Source of the DNA: an uncultured Candidatus Micrarchaeota archaeon
Lineage (GTDB): Archaea > Micrarchaeota > Micrarchaeia > Anstonellales > Bilamarchaeaceae
DNA length: 64,000 nucleotides
NCBI GenBank assembly: GCA_963714085.1
Contig: OY970229.1
Span: 736,001 to 800,000 of the forward strand
Reading direction: 5' to 3'
Part shown: positions 38,961 through 47,892 of the stretch, piece after piece
Layout: each line of letters starts with the position of its first letter
Position numbering within the stretch: the stretch's first letter is position 1
Program-made: the position numbers and the translations under genes
The notes under the pieces: generated by a model
Database searches by the model: none
The model's input: only the letters and a program-made list of their open reading frames with translations
What the model was told of the DNA's origin: nothing

Positions 38961-40048
38961 CTCCGCCCCTCCATGCTCTTGATGAACTTGTCGAATAGCC
39001 TCTTCGAATCATGCGGTCCGGGGCTGGCTTCCGGATGGTACTGCACGCTGAACACCGGCAGCTCCCTGTGCTCCATGCCCTCGACCGTATTGTCATTGAG
39101 GTTGAGGTGCGTGATCTCGAAGCCTTCGGGCACGCGCTCCTGGTCGACCGCGTAGCCGTGGTTCTGCGTCGTTATCGAGACGCGTCCGGTCTTCCTCTCC
39201 AGGACCGGGTGGTTCGAGCCCCTGTGCCCGAATTTCAGCTTGTATGTGGAGCCTTTGAACGCGTGGGCCAGGAGCTGGTGGCCAAGGCAGATGCCGAAAA
39301 CCGGGTATTCTTTGGTGAGCTCGCGTATGGTGCCGTGCGCTTCCGTGAGTATCGCCGGGTCTCCGGGCCCGTTGGAGAGCACGATGCCGTCCGGCTCGTG
39401 CGAGTCTATCTGCTTGGCGGTCGAGAAGCTTGGCACGAGGATGACCTCGCATCCCCTTGCTACGAGCTCGCGGACGATGCCCATCTTCACACCGTAGTCG
39501 ACCAGGACCACGCGCTTCCCCTTGGCGCCCTTGGTCCCGAACGTCTTCGGCTTCTGCGTGGTCACCTCTCGCACGAAGTCCTTCCCGGAGTAATCGAAAT
39601 CCACCTTCAGTTTCTTCAGGTCGAAATCTCCCTCGTAGGTGGCGAGCAGCGCCGGCATCACGCCCTTCGTCCTTATCCTGCGGACGAGGAATCGCGTGTC
39701 TATCCCGGTTATTCCAGGGACGCCGTGGCGCTCCAGGAACGCGTCCACTCCTTCGGTCGCCTCCATATGGAAGAAGTCCGGGCTCAGGCTGCGCACCGCG
39801 AAGCCGCGCGGCTGGACCTTGTCGCTCTCGAAATCCTTGCCGTTTATCCCGTAGTTGCCTATGAGCGGGTTTGTCATGAGGAGCATCTGCCCGGCGTAGC
39901 TGGGGTCCGTGAGCGCCTCCTGGTACCCGGTCATCGAGGTGTTGAAGACGAGCTCTCCCTGAGAAATCGCTCGCGCTCCGAATCCTTCGCCATGGAGCGC
40001 AGTGCCATCCTGAAGCAGCAGAACTGCTCGCATTCCGCCTCGTGCCAT
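38957..40048 (-). CDS. carA: Carbamoyl-phosphate synthase small subunit
   Basis: GELVFNTSMTGYQE, SNGPGDP, GICLGHQ, QYHPEASPGPHD. Confidence 0.98.
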   Translation of the reverse strand: MARGGMRAVLLLQDGTALHGEGFGARAISQGELVFNTSMTGYQEALTDPSYAGQMLLMTNPLIGNYGINGKDFESDKVQPRGFAVRSLSPDFFHMEATEGVDAFLERHGVPGITGIDTRFLVRRIRTKGVMPALLATYEGDFDLKKLKVDFDYSGKDFVREVTTQKPKTFGTKGAKGKRVVLVDYGVKMGIVRELVARGCEVILVPSFSTAKQIDSHEPDGIVLSNGPGDPAILTEAHGTIRELTKEYPVFGICLGHQLLAHAFKGSTYKLKFGHRGSNHPVLERKTGRVSITTQNHGYAVDQERVPEGFEITHLNLNDNTVEGMEHRELPVFSVQYHPEASPGPHDSKRLFDKFIKSMEGRR

Positions 40049-40110
40049 ATAGAACTAGAATATTATATTGGAGAGGGAAGTTTATAATCATTTGGGGTAT
40101 CGACGCCGGA

Positions 40111-40178
40111 AGAAGTGGCGCGTGCTGTTCAACTCATCCTTCATCGCTAAAAGCTCGGAGAGCCATTAGGCACGCGCC
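40111..40178 (-). ncRNA. H/ACA-like single-hairpin guide RNA with K-turn and ACU tail
   Basis: 9-bp basal stem GGCGCGUGC/GCACGCGCC, 6+6-nt internal loop, upper stem, CCGA...GAUGA K-turn motif; TTATAAAA box just upstream. Confidence 0.7.
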
Positions 40179-40274
40179 GGAGAGATGATGCGGACTGGAT
40201 TTTATAATTAGCTCCGATAATTAGGTTTAATAACCTTTAGTTATAAGATGTTATACGAAGTTAGTGGTGGTTAT

Positions 40275-40535
40275 ATGGCTGAAGCTACGCTGAATATTCA
40301 TGTGAACGATTACACGAACCGGGTGCTCGGGGTGATAAAGGAGATGTTCGGCCTCAGGAACAAATCCGAAGCTCTCAACAAGTTCGTGGAGATGTTCGGG
40401 GACGAGTTCATAAACAAAGAGGTCCGAGAGGATGTCGTAAAGGATATCATCGTGTCCTCAGAAGCGCATATCAGAAAGCACGGGATGCGCCGGATGTCCA
40501 TGGCCCAGCTGAGGAAAGTGACCGGGGCGGAATGA
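40275..40535 (+). CDS. DUF2683-like antitoxin
   Basis: NDYTNRVLGVIKEMFGLRNKSEAL; overlaps toxin gene; AGGTT-N4-AACCT palindrome upstream at 40223-40236. Confidence 0.75.
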   Translation: MAEATLNIHVNDYTNRVLGVIKEMFGLRNKSEALNKFVEMFGDEFINKEVREDVVKDIIVSSEAHIRKHGMRRMSMAQLRKVTGAE

Positions 40536-40816
40536 TGCCTTTCACCTTCGACTTGACTGACGACTTGCGCGAGACGCTGGAGAAACTCGCTAAAAAGGAT
40601 CCGCGACGCTCGGAGATAATCCGCAGGAAGATTCAGGAGATAGTCGAAAGTGACGGAAACGAGATAGACCACTACAAGAATCTCAGGCACGACCTGTCCG
40701 ATTACAAACGCGTACATATAGACCGGAGCTTCGTGCTGATTTTCAAGGTTTTCAAAAAGGAGAGGCACGTCCTCTTTGTGCAGTTCGACCACCACGACAA
40801 AGTCTACCGGAGATAA
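40532..40816 (+). CDS. RelE/ParE-superfamily toxin
   Basis: YKNLRHDLSDYKRVHIDRSFVLIF...FDHHDKVY. Confidence 0.85.
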   Translation: MMPFTFDLTDDLRETLEKLAKKDPRRSEIIRRKIQEIVESDGNEIDHYKNLRHDLSDYKRVHIDRSFVLIFKVFKKERHVLFVQFDHHDKVYRR

Positions 40817-40818
40817 AA

Positions 40819-41925
40819 TTACTTTATCGGATTCTTCTCCAGCCGTTCCATGACCGCCTTCACGACCATGGGCCAGGCGATGGTGGCGTCCTCGATGACC
40901 TCGACCTGCCTGCCGCCTTCGGATTCAGGGACGAATTTACCCCAGCTGACCCCTTCGGAGTACGTGCACCCGGACAAACCGCCCCAAAATGCCGGTTCTG
41001 GACAAATCCGAACAGCATAGTGGAACCTCCTGAACCCGCCTCCCTGGCCTATGCGGCTCTCTATTATGTCAAGGTACGGGCCCACCTGCTGCGCCCAGTT
41101 GCGCGGAACACCACCGCCTATAGTGAATATTCCCATGCGCTCGGATTTGAGCACGCGCTCGGTGTAGTCCTCCAGGTCGTAATAAGGATTGTATTTGAGG
41201 GGCGCCTCGCCGCGGATTATCTGCCTGCGCCTGTAGGTCCCGACGTCCAGCGCCATCTCGCTGTCCGTGAAGGCAGGGATGTAGACCGGGACGCCCTTTT
41301 GGTATGCGGATTTGAGTATGCCCCTTCCGGAAGCGCTCTTGGCCAGGTATTCGCCGAGCCTCCGGTTTAGCTCGCTCGAATAGAGCTCCTTGTCCTTGGG
41401 CCAGTCTTCCAGCACGGCTTCGATTATCTTCTCGGTGTCGTCGAGGTTCTTCTCCAGCTCCAGGGTGTCATAGACGCGGTTGTAGCCCTTGCGATAGAGC
41501 TGCTTGTCGTCCATGGTCCCGAACTTGTATTTGAAATGCCTGCCGCCGACGGTCTCCACGAAGCCGTGCGTGATGAGCGCCCCTGTGCTCACTATGGCGT
41601 CTATCATGCTGAGGTCGATCATGTCGCATACAACGAGGCCCATCTTCGCGATGGTCATGGCGCCGGAGAGCGTGAGCACCTTGAAGCATTTCCGGTCGCG
41701 CACCATTGATTCGAGGACATCGGCCGCCTCGCCGACCTCGCGGGCGCCGAAGGACGCCTTCCCCATGGCGGTCACCAGGTCGTCCACGGTCCTGCATTTG
41801 GAGAGGTCGATTGGCGCGAGCGGCTGGAGCCCGTCCGAATACCCGTCGCCGTATTCCTCGGGCTGGCGCCATTCCTTTATCTTCTTCCTCTGCTCGTGGC
41901 TTATCTCCTCTTTCTTTCCTGCCAT
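40819..41925 (-). CDS. dys: Deoxyhypusine synthase
   Basis: STGALITH, PAFTDSE, IGGGVPRN, GGLSGCTYSEGVSWGK, DATI. Confidence 0.9.
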   Translation of the reverse strand: MAGKKEEISHEQRKKIKEWRQPEEYGDGYSDGLQPLAPIDLSKCRTVDDLVTAMGKASFGAREVGEAADVLESMVRDRKCFKVLTLSGAMTIAKMGLVVCDMIDLSMIDAIVSTGALITHGFVETVGGRHFKYKFGTMDDKQLYRKGYNRVYDTLELEKNLDDTEKIIEAVLEDWPKDKELYSSELNRRLGEYLAKSASGRGILKSAYQKGVPVYIPAFTDSEMALDVGTYRRRQIIRGEAPLKYNPYYDLEDYTERVLKSERMGIFTIGGGVPRNWAQQVGPYLDIIESRIGQGGGFRRFHYAVRICPEPAFWGGLSGCTYSEGVSWGKFVPESEGGRQVEVIEDATIAWPMVVKAVMERLEKNPIK

Positions 41926-41931
41926 GAGGGT

Positions 41932-42693
41932 TTATTTCCTAGAAAGTGTTTTAAGCGCTGGGGCGAGCTCGTCCGCCAGGTCGCTCGCGCAGAAGTTGTA
42001 GCCGAACCTCTTGACGAGCCGGTTTCCGGCATAGCCGTTGAGATGCGCGCCAGCGACGGCCGCGGTGAAGATGTCGTTCTTGCAGGCGAACGCGGCTATG
42101 AGCCCTGCCAGCACGTCTCCGGTTCCGCCCTTGGTCATGCCCTGGTTGTGGACCTTGTTGAGCACGGTCCGCTTGCCGTCGCTTATGATGTCCGCCAGGG
42201 GGTCCTTCTTGATTATGACGCAGCTGTTCTCCTTGGCCATGGACTCCACGTTCCTCCTAGTGCCCTCGATTCCGAACAGCATCCTGAACTCGCCCTCGTG
42301 CGGCGTGAGTATGGAGCCGGCGGGCACCCGGCCCTTGATTAATTTGAGCCCGTCCCCGTCCACGACCACGGAGCGGGCGTACTCGAGCACGAAATCCACG
42401 TCGAACTTCGCATCAGAGAGGCCTATGCCGAAGAGCACGCAGTCCATCTCCGCCGTGTGCCGAAGGTCCCCCACCACCATGGCTTCGGGTATGCGCTTGA
42501 CCGCGCTGATGAGCTGGGGGTCGTTCTCCCCGGGGTAGAAGTACATCAGGTCCACGAACCTGCGGGCCGCGAGGAGCGAGAATACCGGCGCGCCGTGGTA
42601 GCGCCTGCTCCCTCCTATGACGAGCAGCTTGCCATTCTGCCCCTTGTGCGAAAGCTTCGGCGGGGAATACAGCTTTTTGAGGAACGCGTCCAT
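41932..42693 (-). CDS. nnrD: NAD(P)HX dehydratase
   Basis: SHKGQNGKLLVIGGS, LTPHEGEF, GGTGDVLAG. Confidence 0.9.
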   Translation of the reverse strand: MDAFLKKLYSPPKLSHKGQNGKLLVIGGSRRYHGAPVFSLLAARRFVDLMYFYPGENDPQLISAVKRIPEAMVVGDLRHTAEMDCVLFGIGLSDAKFDVDFVLEYARSVVVDGDGLKLIKGRVPAGSILTPHEGEFRMLFGIEGTRRNVESMAKENSCVIIKKDPLADIISDGKRTVLNKVHNQGMTKGGTGDVLAGLIAAFACKNDIFTAAVAGAHLNGYAGNRLVKRFGYNFCASDLADELAPALKTLSRK

Positions 42694-42754
42694 GGTATGT
42701 GAAACATGCCATGGATTATAATTCTTCCGTGAGGGGCTGCCCACTAACATTTAA

Positions 42755-42869
42755 GTGAACTATCCACGCCTAAAGGCGTGGGCTTCCTGTTTCATAGAAG
42801 ATACTTGCCCAAAATGCTTGTAATAGGTAGAGGTCTCTTCTCCGCAGGCTTTATTTCCCGGGCCTAAAG
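42755..42869 (-). mobile_element. Orphan IS200/IS605 right end (TnpB omegaRNA-like scaffold) without transposase
   Basis: Minus strand ends CAGGAAGCCCACGCCTTTAGGCGTGGATAGTTCAC (subterminal hairpin plus TCAC), preceded by GCCTGCGGAG...GGCAAGT; no tnpA/tnpB in window. Confidence 0.8.
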
Positions 42870-42902
42870 CATTTAATTAACTATCTCAACACTATCAACT
42901 GG

Positions 42903-44009
42903 ATGGCGGAGCAATACATAGGGATGTCCATAGCGGTCATCATAGTGGCCGCGTCCATAGCGCTCGCAGGCATACTCATAGGTGTCGGAAGGGCCTTCGG
43001 GTACAAGAGGCTGGAGAACTTCGGCGTGGAGGAGCTCGCCCAGTCCGTGATAAACGCCGCGATAATAGGCGCTCTCGCGTCCGTGATAGCACTCATGTCA
43101 GGCATAAGCTCTACCCTGGTCACCACCCAATGCGGCGCCGGGGACGCCCCGACGCAGCTCGCATGCATGCTCACCGGCGTGAAGGCATCGCTCTTCTCCC
43201 TGCTCCAGGGCACGTCGAGGGCCGCGGAGCTGGTGGGCTATTACCAGACGCTCAGGCTGGACTTCGCGGCGTTCTCCATACAGCCGTTCGTGAACCTGTC
43301 CGGGATGGCGGGTATCCTTTCGGGCCAGATGTTCACCATGCAGCTGCTGCTCATGCTCGTGGAGCTCAACATCCAGCTGCTCAATTTCGTTGCCCAGAAC
43401 TCGCTCCTGCTCCTGCTGCCGGTCGGGCTTGTGCTCAGGACGGTATTCGCCACCAGGAAGGCGGGCGGCTTCCTGATAGCGCTCGCGATAGGGCTCTACA
43501 TATTCTATCCGGCGTTCGTGCTGGTGTTCCCGGACCCGGGGCCGACGCTCGCCAACTCCACCGCCCTGATGAGTAATTTCACTTCCAACAGCCTCTATGC
43601 GACCGTGCCGGTGGTGGACCTGAACAGCAACTACGCGATCGCGGGCAAGCTCGACGTGATGTCCGGCAGGTGCGCGGCCGGTAATTCGTCCGACAATCTC
43701 TCGGGGCTATCATCCGGCAATCTGACCGATAACCTGTCCGGCAACCTGACTGGGAACATGACCTACAACCCATCGGCTAATTCGTCCTGCGCGAACTTCA
43801 CCGCGGCCATGGCGGTACCTGGAGGCACTGCGGATTTCACCGGCGACCTCACGCTCATCTCGGAATCCAACTCCGATGCCCTGGCGCAGGTGCTGCTCTA
43901 TTCCGTGCTCGCGCCCCTGCTCTCGCTCGCCGTGACAGTCGTGTTCGTGAGCGAGGCCGGGAAGCTGCTGGGCTCGGAGATCGGGCTCTCTTCCGTGATA
44001 GACGTCTGA
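42903..44009 (+). CDS. Polytopic membrane protein, CedA/VirB6-like candidate
   Basis: Several TM helices; LPVGLVLRTVFATRKAGGFLIALAIGLYIFYP recalls CedA-type proteins. Confidence 0.55.
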   Translation: MAEQYIGMSIAVIIVAASIALAGILIGVGRAFGYKRLENFGVEELAQSVINAAIIGALASVIALMSGISSTLVTTQCGAGDAPTQLACMLTGVKASLFSLLQGTSRAAELVGYYQTLRLDFAAFSIQPFVNLSGMAGILSGQMFTMQLLLMLVELNIQLLNFVAQNSLLLLLPVGLVLRTVFATRKAGGFLIALAIGLYIFYPAFVLVFPDPGPTLANSTALMSNFTSNSLYATVPVVDLNSNYAIAGKLDVMSGRCAAGNSSDNLSGLSSGNLTDNLSGNLTGNMTYNPSANSSCANFTAAMAVPGGTADFTGDLTLISESNSDALAQVLLYSVLAPLLSLAVTVVFVSEAGKLLGSEIGLSSVIDV

Positions 44010-44014
44010 GACGA

Positions 44015-44761
44015 TCAGAACGCTTTCCCTGCCCAGCTGCCGACGATATACCCGATGACAGCGGCGCCCATGCCTATGAGCAGCATCTCGAGCCCGGCTT
44101 TCCACCACTCGCCCTCGGTCGTCGTCCCTTTGTACGCCCCGGCACCGAAAAGCACCAGCGCGCTCACCGCGAGCGAAGGCACGACTGCCGAGGCAGCCTT
44201 CGTGAGGAAGAACGGGGCCAGGGGTATGAGCGAACCGATGAAGGCCGCGGCTCCGACCACCGCGCCCTCGCGCAAGGGATTGATGTTCTTGCTCTCCGCG
44301 AGCCCCAGCTCCTCGACCATCATGGTTTCGAGCCACAGCTCGTTATCTCCGCATATCTTATCCACGATGCCTTCCAGCTGCCTGCCGCGGAATCCCTTCT
44401 TCATGTAGATGAGCCTTATCTCCTCCCGCTCCACCTCGGGTATCTCCCTCATCTCCTTCTTCTCGTTCTCGAGCTCCTTGTAGTAGTAATCGCGCTGCGC
44501 CTTCCCCGAGGTGTAGGCGACCGCGGCCATGCTGACGGATTCCGCGAACGTGGCCGCCAGGCCGCCCACGAGGATCACGCTGGAGCCTATGTTAGGATTC
44601 ACGAGCACTGCCCCGGCGAGGCCGAGGATTATGCCCAGCACGTTGACGAGCCCGTCCTGGCCGCCTAGGATCACCTGGCGGAGGAGGGTGCCCTCCTGGT
44701 TTTTCGCGTGCGGCTCGTTCTCCATTATCTCAGCATAGGCCTCTCTGACGGTTCTTGCCAT
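44015..44761 (-). CDS. VIT1/CCC1-family Fe/Mn transporter
   Basis: LRQVILGGQDGLV, SMAAVAY, EELGL, IGSLIPLAPF. Confidence 0.92.
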   Translation of the reverse strand: MARTVREAYAEIMENEPHAKNQEGTLLRQVILGGQDGLVNVLGIILGLAGAVLVNPNIGSSVILVGGLAATFAESVSMAAVAYTSGKAQRDYYYKELENEKKEMREIPEVEREEIRLIYMKKGFRGRQLEGIVDKICGDNELWLETMMVEELGLAESKNINPLREGAVVGAAAFIGSLIPLAPFFLTKAASAVVPSLAVSALVLFGAGAYKGTTTEGEWWKAGLEMLLIGMGAAVIGYIVGSWAGKAF

Positions 44762-44821
44762 GATTTCGCTTTCCCAGTGGTATTTTAAATACATTCAGGT
44801 CAAAAGCACTGTGGGAGAACC

Positions 44822-45601
44822 ATGTTTGTCAACAGAGCAATCACAGTCACAGCGCTCGCCGGCGGGCTGCTGGCGCTTGCCGCATCGCTGGTCTATGGCA
44901 ATGCCATGGTGGCGCTGGCGGCGGCATTCCTTTTCTGCATCAGTATCGTGGTGTGGAAATACGGGTACATACTCATACCCATGATAACCCGGGCAGCCAA
45001 CGTGGTGGAGGTCCGGTCCGGCTACGAGGTACCCGCGACCAGGGATTACATAATGAAGAAGACCTCGTCCGGATACTACGCCTCTAAATTCCTGGAGATC
45101 CGATTCTACGAGAGCTCCATGGACAAATCCGAGGCAGACAAGACCATGATGTTCGAGTCCTTCGAGAAGGCGATAGCCGCGCTCAAGTACGTGGTCAAGA
45201 TATCGCTGCTGATATCGGCCGTGGAGCTCTCCAAGGAGCTCGAGGACATAAAGACCAGGCGTTCAGCGGCCGAGGCGAAGAAGGCGAAGTCCGGCTCCTC
45301 CTCGGACGAGATAGTGCGCCTGGACCGGGAGATCGCCATGTGGAACAGGATGCTGGATAGGATAACCAGGGGGGAGAGGCCTGTGGAGCTCATCGCGTTC
45401 GCTTCCACGACATCCTTCGGGCTCACCAGGGACGAGGCGGCTTCCAGGGTGAGCAGGCAGGCCAAGGAGCTCAAGACCGTACTTTCCAGCTCTCTGGGAT
45501 GTGACATCTCCGAGCTCTCGGACCTGGACATGCTCAGGTGCTTCGAGTGGGATCAGTTCTTCCCCACGTCCCAAGAGGACATCAAGGACGAGATATTCTG
45601 A
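44822..45601 (+). CDS. Two-TM membrane protein with cytoplasmic coiled-coil domain
   Basis: Two N-terminal TM helices; directly upstream of the ATPase gene. Confidence 0.75.
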   Translation: MFVNRAITVTALAGGLLALAASLVYGNAMVALAAAFLFCISIVVWKYGYILIPMITRAANVVEVRSGYEVPATRDYIMKKTSSGYYASKFLEIRFYESSMDKSEADKTMMFESFEKAIAALKYVVKISLLISAVELSKELEDIKTRRSAAEAKKAKSGSSSDEIVRLDREIAMWNRMLDRITRGERPVELIAFASTTSFGLTRDEAASRVSRQAKELKTVLSSSLGCDISELSDLDMLRCFEWDQFFPTSQEDIKDEIF

Positions 45602-45618
45602 GTTGTGGTGGCAGTCAG

Positions 45619-47055
45619 ATGAAGCTTTCCTACCTTTTCTCCAAGGACCTCGCGCGCAAGATGATACTGGTCCATCCGCCGGAGCCGCGCAAGGAGCTGC
45701 TGCTCTCCATGCCCGGCGAGGGCATATACCTCGGCAAGACGAGGTTCCTCCATGCGCCCGTGTTCTGGGACCACCGCAAGCTGATAAACCCGCACATGGC
45801 CGTGGTCGGCATAACCGGTTCCGGGAAGTCGTACCTGGTTAAGACGTTCCTCACCAGGGCCGCGCTCATCTGGAACTCCAACGCACTGATTCTGGACTGG
45901 GTGGGCGAGTACGACCGTTGGGTAAGGCAGGCCGGCGGCCGGGTGATCGACCTGGGCAAGGAGCGGCTCAACCTGCTTGACCTGGTCGGCGGGCTTCCGA
46001 AAAGCTCGAGGATAAAGCAGATAGTCTCCGCCTTGGACATACTGGTGGACCTGAAATCGTTCCCGCATGAGCGCGACGAGATAGAGGAGGCTCTCGAGGC
46101 GGTCTACGGGTCGAAGAAGAGGGCGAACCTCTCGGATGTGGCCAAGTGGCTTGACGGCAAGAAAAGGAAGAAGGCCGCGCGGCTGCTCAAGCGATTCACG
46201 TCCGAGGGCTGCGATTTCTTCGCCGGCGACTCCACGCTGGACATGAAGGCGCTCACCGGCTCCGGGCTCGTGTGCCTGGACCTCCACAGCCTGCCCACCG
46301 AGGAGGTGCGCTCGCTGGCCGGGCTCACCATACTCCAGTATGTGAAGGAGATAATGAGGGCGGAGGGAGCGGCGGAGGAGGCCGGCGTCCGGCTCTTCAT
46401 AGTGCTGGACGAGGCGTGGAAAATCGCCCAGGACGAGCGCTCCGAGGTCATCAGCATAGTGCGCGAGGGCCGCAAGTACAATTTCGCGCTCCTTATGGCG
46501 ACCCAGAACCCCACGGACATGAACAAGACCATATTCTCGAACATAGGGACGATGTTCGTGATGCGGCTAGTGCTCAAGGAGTACAGGGACTACGTGCGCA
46601 GCTCCATCGGCTATTCCCAGTTCATAGACGGCGAGATAGGCAAGTTCGGGGTGGGCGATGCTGCGGTGAACATGATATTCGCGAAGAGGCAGTCGAAGGT
46701 GAACACCTTCCTCATGGACAAGATAGACGGCGAGGAGCCGCTTTTCCTGATGAAGATAACGGGTGATGGCATGGACATAGAGGTGGAAAGGGAGCAGCTG
46801 GTGAAGATGCTTTACGAGCTGGGCCTCACGGAGGACCAGCTGAACCTGATAAAGATGGAATTCGAGAAGAGCGACGGACTCATGGACAGCGAGAAGTTCG
46901 TGGCGACGCTGGAGAAGTTCGGCTACAGCAAGTCCGCCATAATATCGTTCCTGAGGCAGCTGGGCATGGATGAGAGGAACCTCATAAGGACGTTCTCGCT
47001 TGTGAAGATGAGGAAGGCGACCAAGGGCCTGGTCGACGTTGTGCTGGAGGAATAG
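45619..47055 (+). CDS. VirB4/HerA-superfamily ATPase (CedB-like candidate)
   Basis: NPHMAVVGITGSGKS (Walker A), FIVLDEAW (Walker B), REGRKY, ATQ. Confidence 0.85.
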   Translation: MKLSYLFSKDLARKMILVHPPEPRKELLLSMPGEGIYLGKTRFLHAPVFWDHRKLINPHMAVVGITGSGKSYLVKTFLTRAALIWNSNALILDWVGEYDRWVRQAGGRVIDLGKERLNLLDLVGGLPKSSRIKQIVSALDILVDLKSFPHERDEIEEALEAVYGSKKRANLSDVAKWLDGKKRKKAARLLKRFTSEGCDFFAGDSTLDMKALTGSGLVCLDLHSLPTEEVRSLAGLTILQYVKEIMRAEGAAEEAGVRLFIVLDEAWKIAQDERSEVISIVREGRKYNFALLMATQNPTDMNKTIFSNIGTMFVMRLVLKEYRDYVRSSIGYSQFIDGEIGKFGVGDAAVNMIFAKRQSKVNTFLMDKIDGEEPLFLMKITGDGMDIEVEREQLVKMLYELGLTEDQLNLIKMEFEKSDGLMDSEKFVATLEKFGYSKSAIISFLRQLGMDERNLIRTFSLVKMRKATKGLVDVVLEE

Positions 47056-47057
47056 GC

Positions 47058-47762
47058 ATGTCTGAAGAGAAGATTGTGGTGCCGGCGCTTAGGAAGCAGC
47101 AGCTTTCCAAGCTGGCTTCGGCTCTGGGCGAGCTCGGGTTCACCTCCATCAATTATACCAATGAAAGGCTGGTGGTCGAGAGGATCCAGGGCGAGGACCT
47201 CCAGGGCAAGCCGAACCTGGATTACCGGATAACGTTCCTGGAGAATACCATAGAGATGGTCTACGACATCCCTCCGAACGTCTCGAAACGGGTGCGGATG
47301 CTGGAGCTGCTGCCGGTGCTCATGAACGTGCTAACGCTCTCAGAGGGATATTACGACGTGAAGCCCTCTGCGATATTCTCGCAGCTGATAACCCTGCTCT
47401 CGGACATATCAAAGGTCGTTGGCAGGGACGCTGTGGAGCTTTCCGCCGAGCTCGAGGAGCTCAGGTCGAAGACCGATTCGCTCAACGCCAGGTATCAGGA
47501 CCTTGTCGGCTCGAGCGAGGAGAACGCACGCATACTGCTGGAGTGCGAGAGGCGCAGGGACGAGCTGCGCGAGCTCCTGGAGAAGATGCGCGCAATGTCG
47601 GACGAGCGGCTCAGGGAGGAGCTCTACAACTGGCTGAAGATGCACAACGGGGACATAGACATCGTGGAGTTCGGCAAGGCCCACACCGTGCCTCCCGGGC
47701 GCGTGGAGGAGGGTCTGAACATGCTCATCAAGGAAGGCTACATCAAGAGGAAGGTGGAATGA
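47058..47762 (+). CDS. Coiled-coil protein with C-terminal winged-helix-like domain
   Basis: Heptad-rich middle; RVEEGLNMLIKEGYI end; 2 nt after ATPase stop. Confidence 0.75.
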   Translation: MSEEKIVVPALRKQQLSKLASALGELGFTSINYTNERLVVERIQGEDLQGKPNLDYRITFLENTIEMVYDIPPNVSKRVRMLELLPVLMNVLTLSEGYYDVKPSAIFSQLITLLSDISKVVGRDAVELSAELEELRSKTDSLNARYQDLVGSSEENARILLECERRRDELRELLEKMRAMSDERLREELYNWLKMHNGDIDIVEFGKAHTVPPGRVEEGLNMLIKEGYIKRKVE

Positions 47763-47891
47763 ATGGTCGTGAGGCGATACTCCTTCGATATCCTGAAGAA
47801 TTACCCTTCCGAGCGGCGCTTCCTGATAAAAAGGCCGATGGAGAAATCCATTTTCGACAGCCTCGCGCAGATGCTGGGCGTAAGGAAGTAG
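47763..47891 (+). CDS. 42-aa protein below the ORF-track cutoff
   Basis: MVVRRYSFDILKNYPSERRFLIKRPMEKSIFDSLAQMLGVRK; ATG directly after upstream TGA, AGGTGG RBS, G/C-ending codons. Confidence 0.6.
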   Translation: MVVRRYSFDILKNYPSERRFLIKRPMEKSIFDSLAQMLGVRK

Positions 47892-47892
47892 G

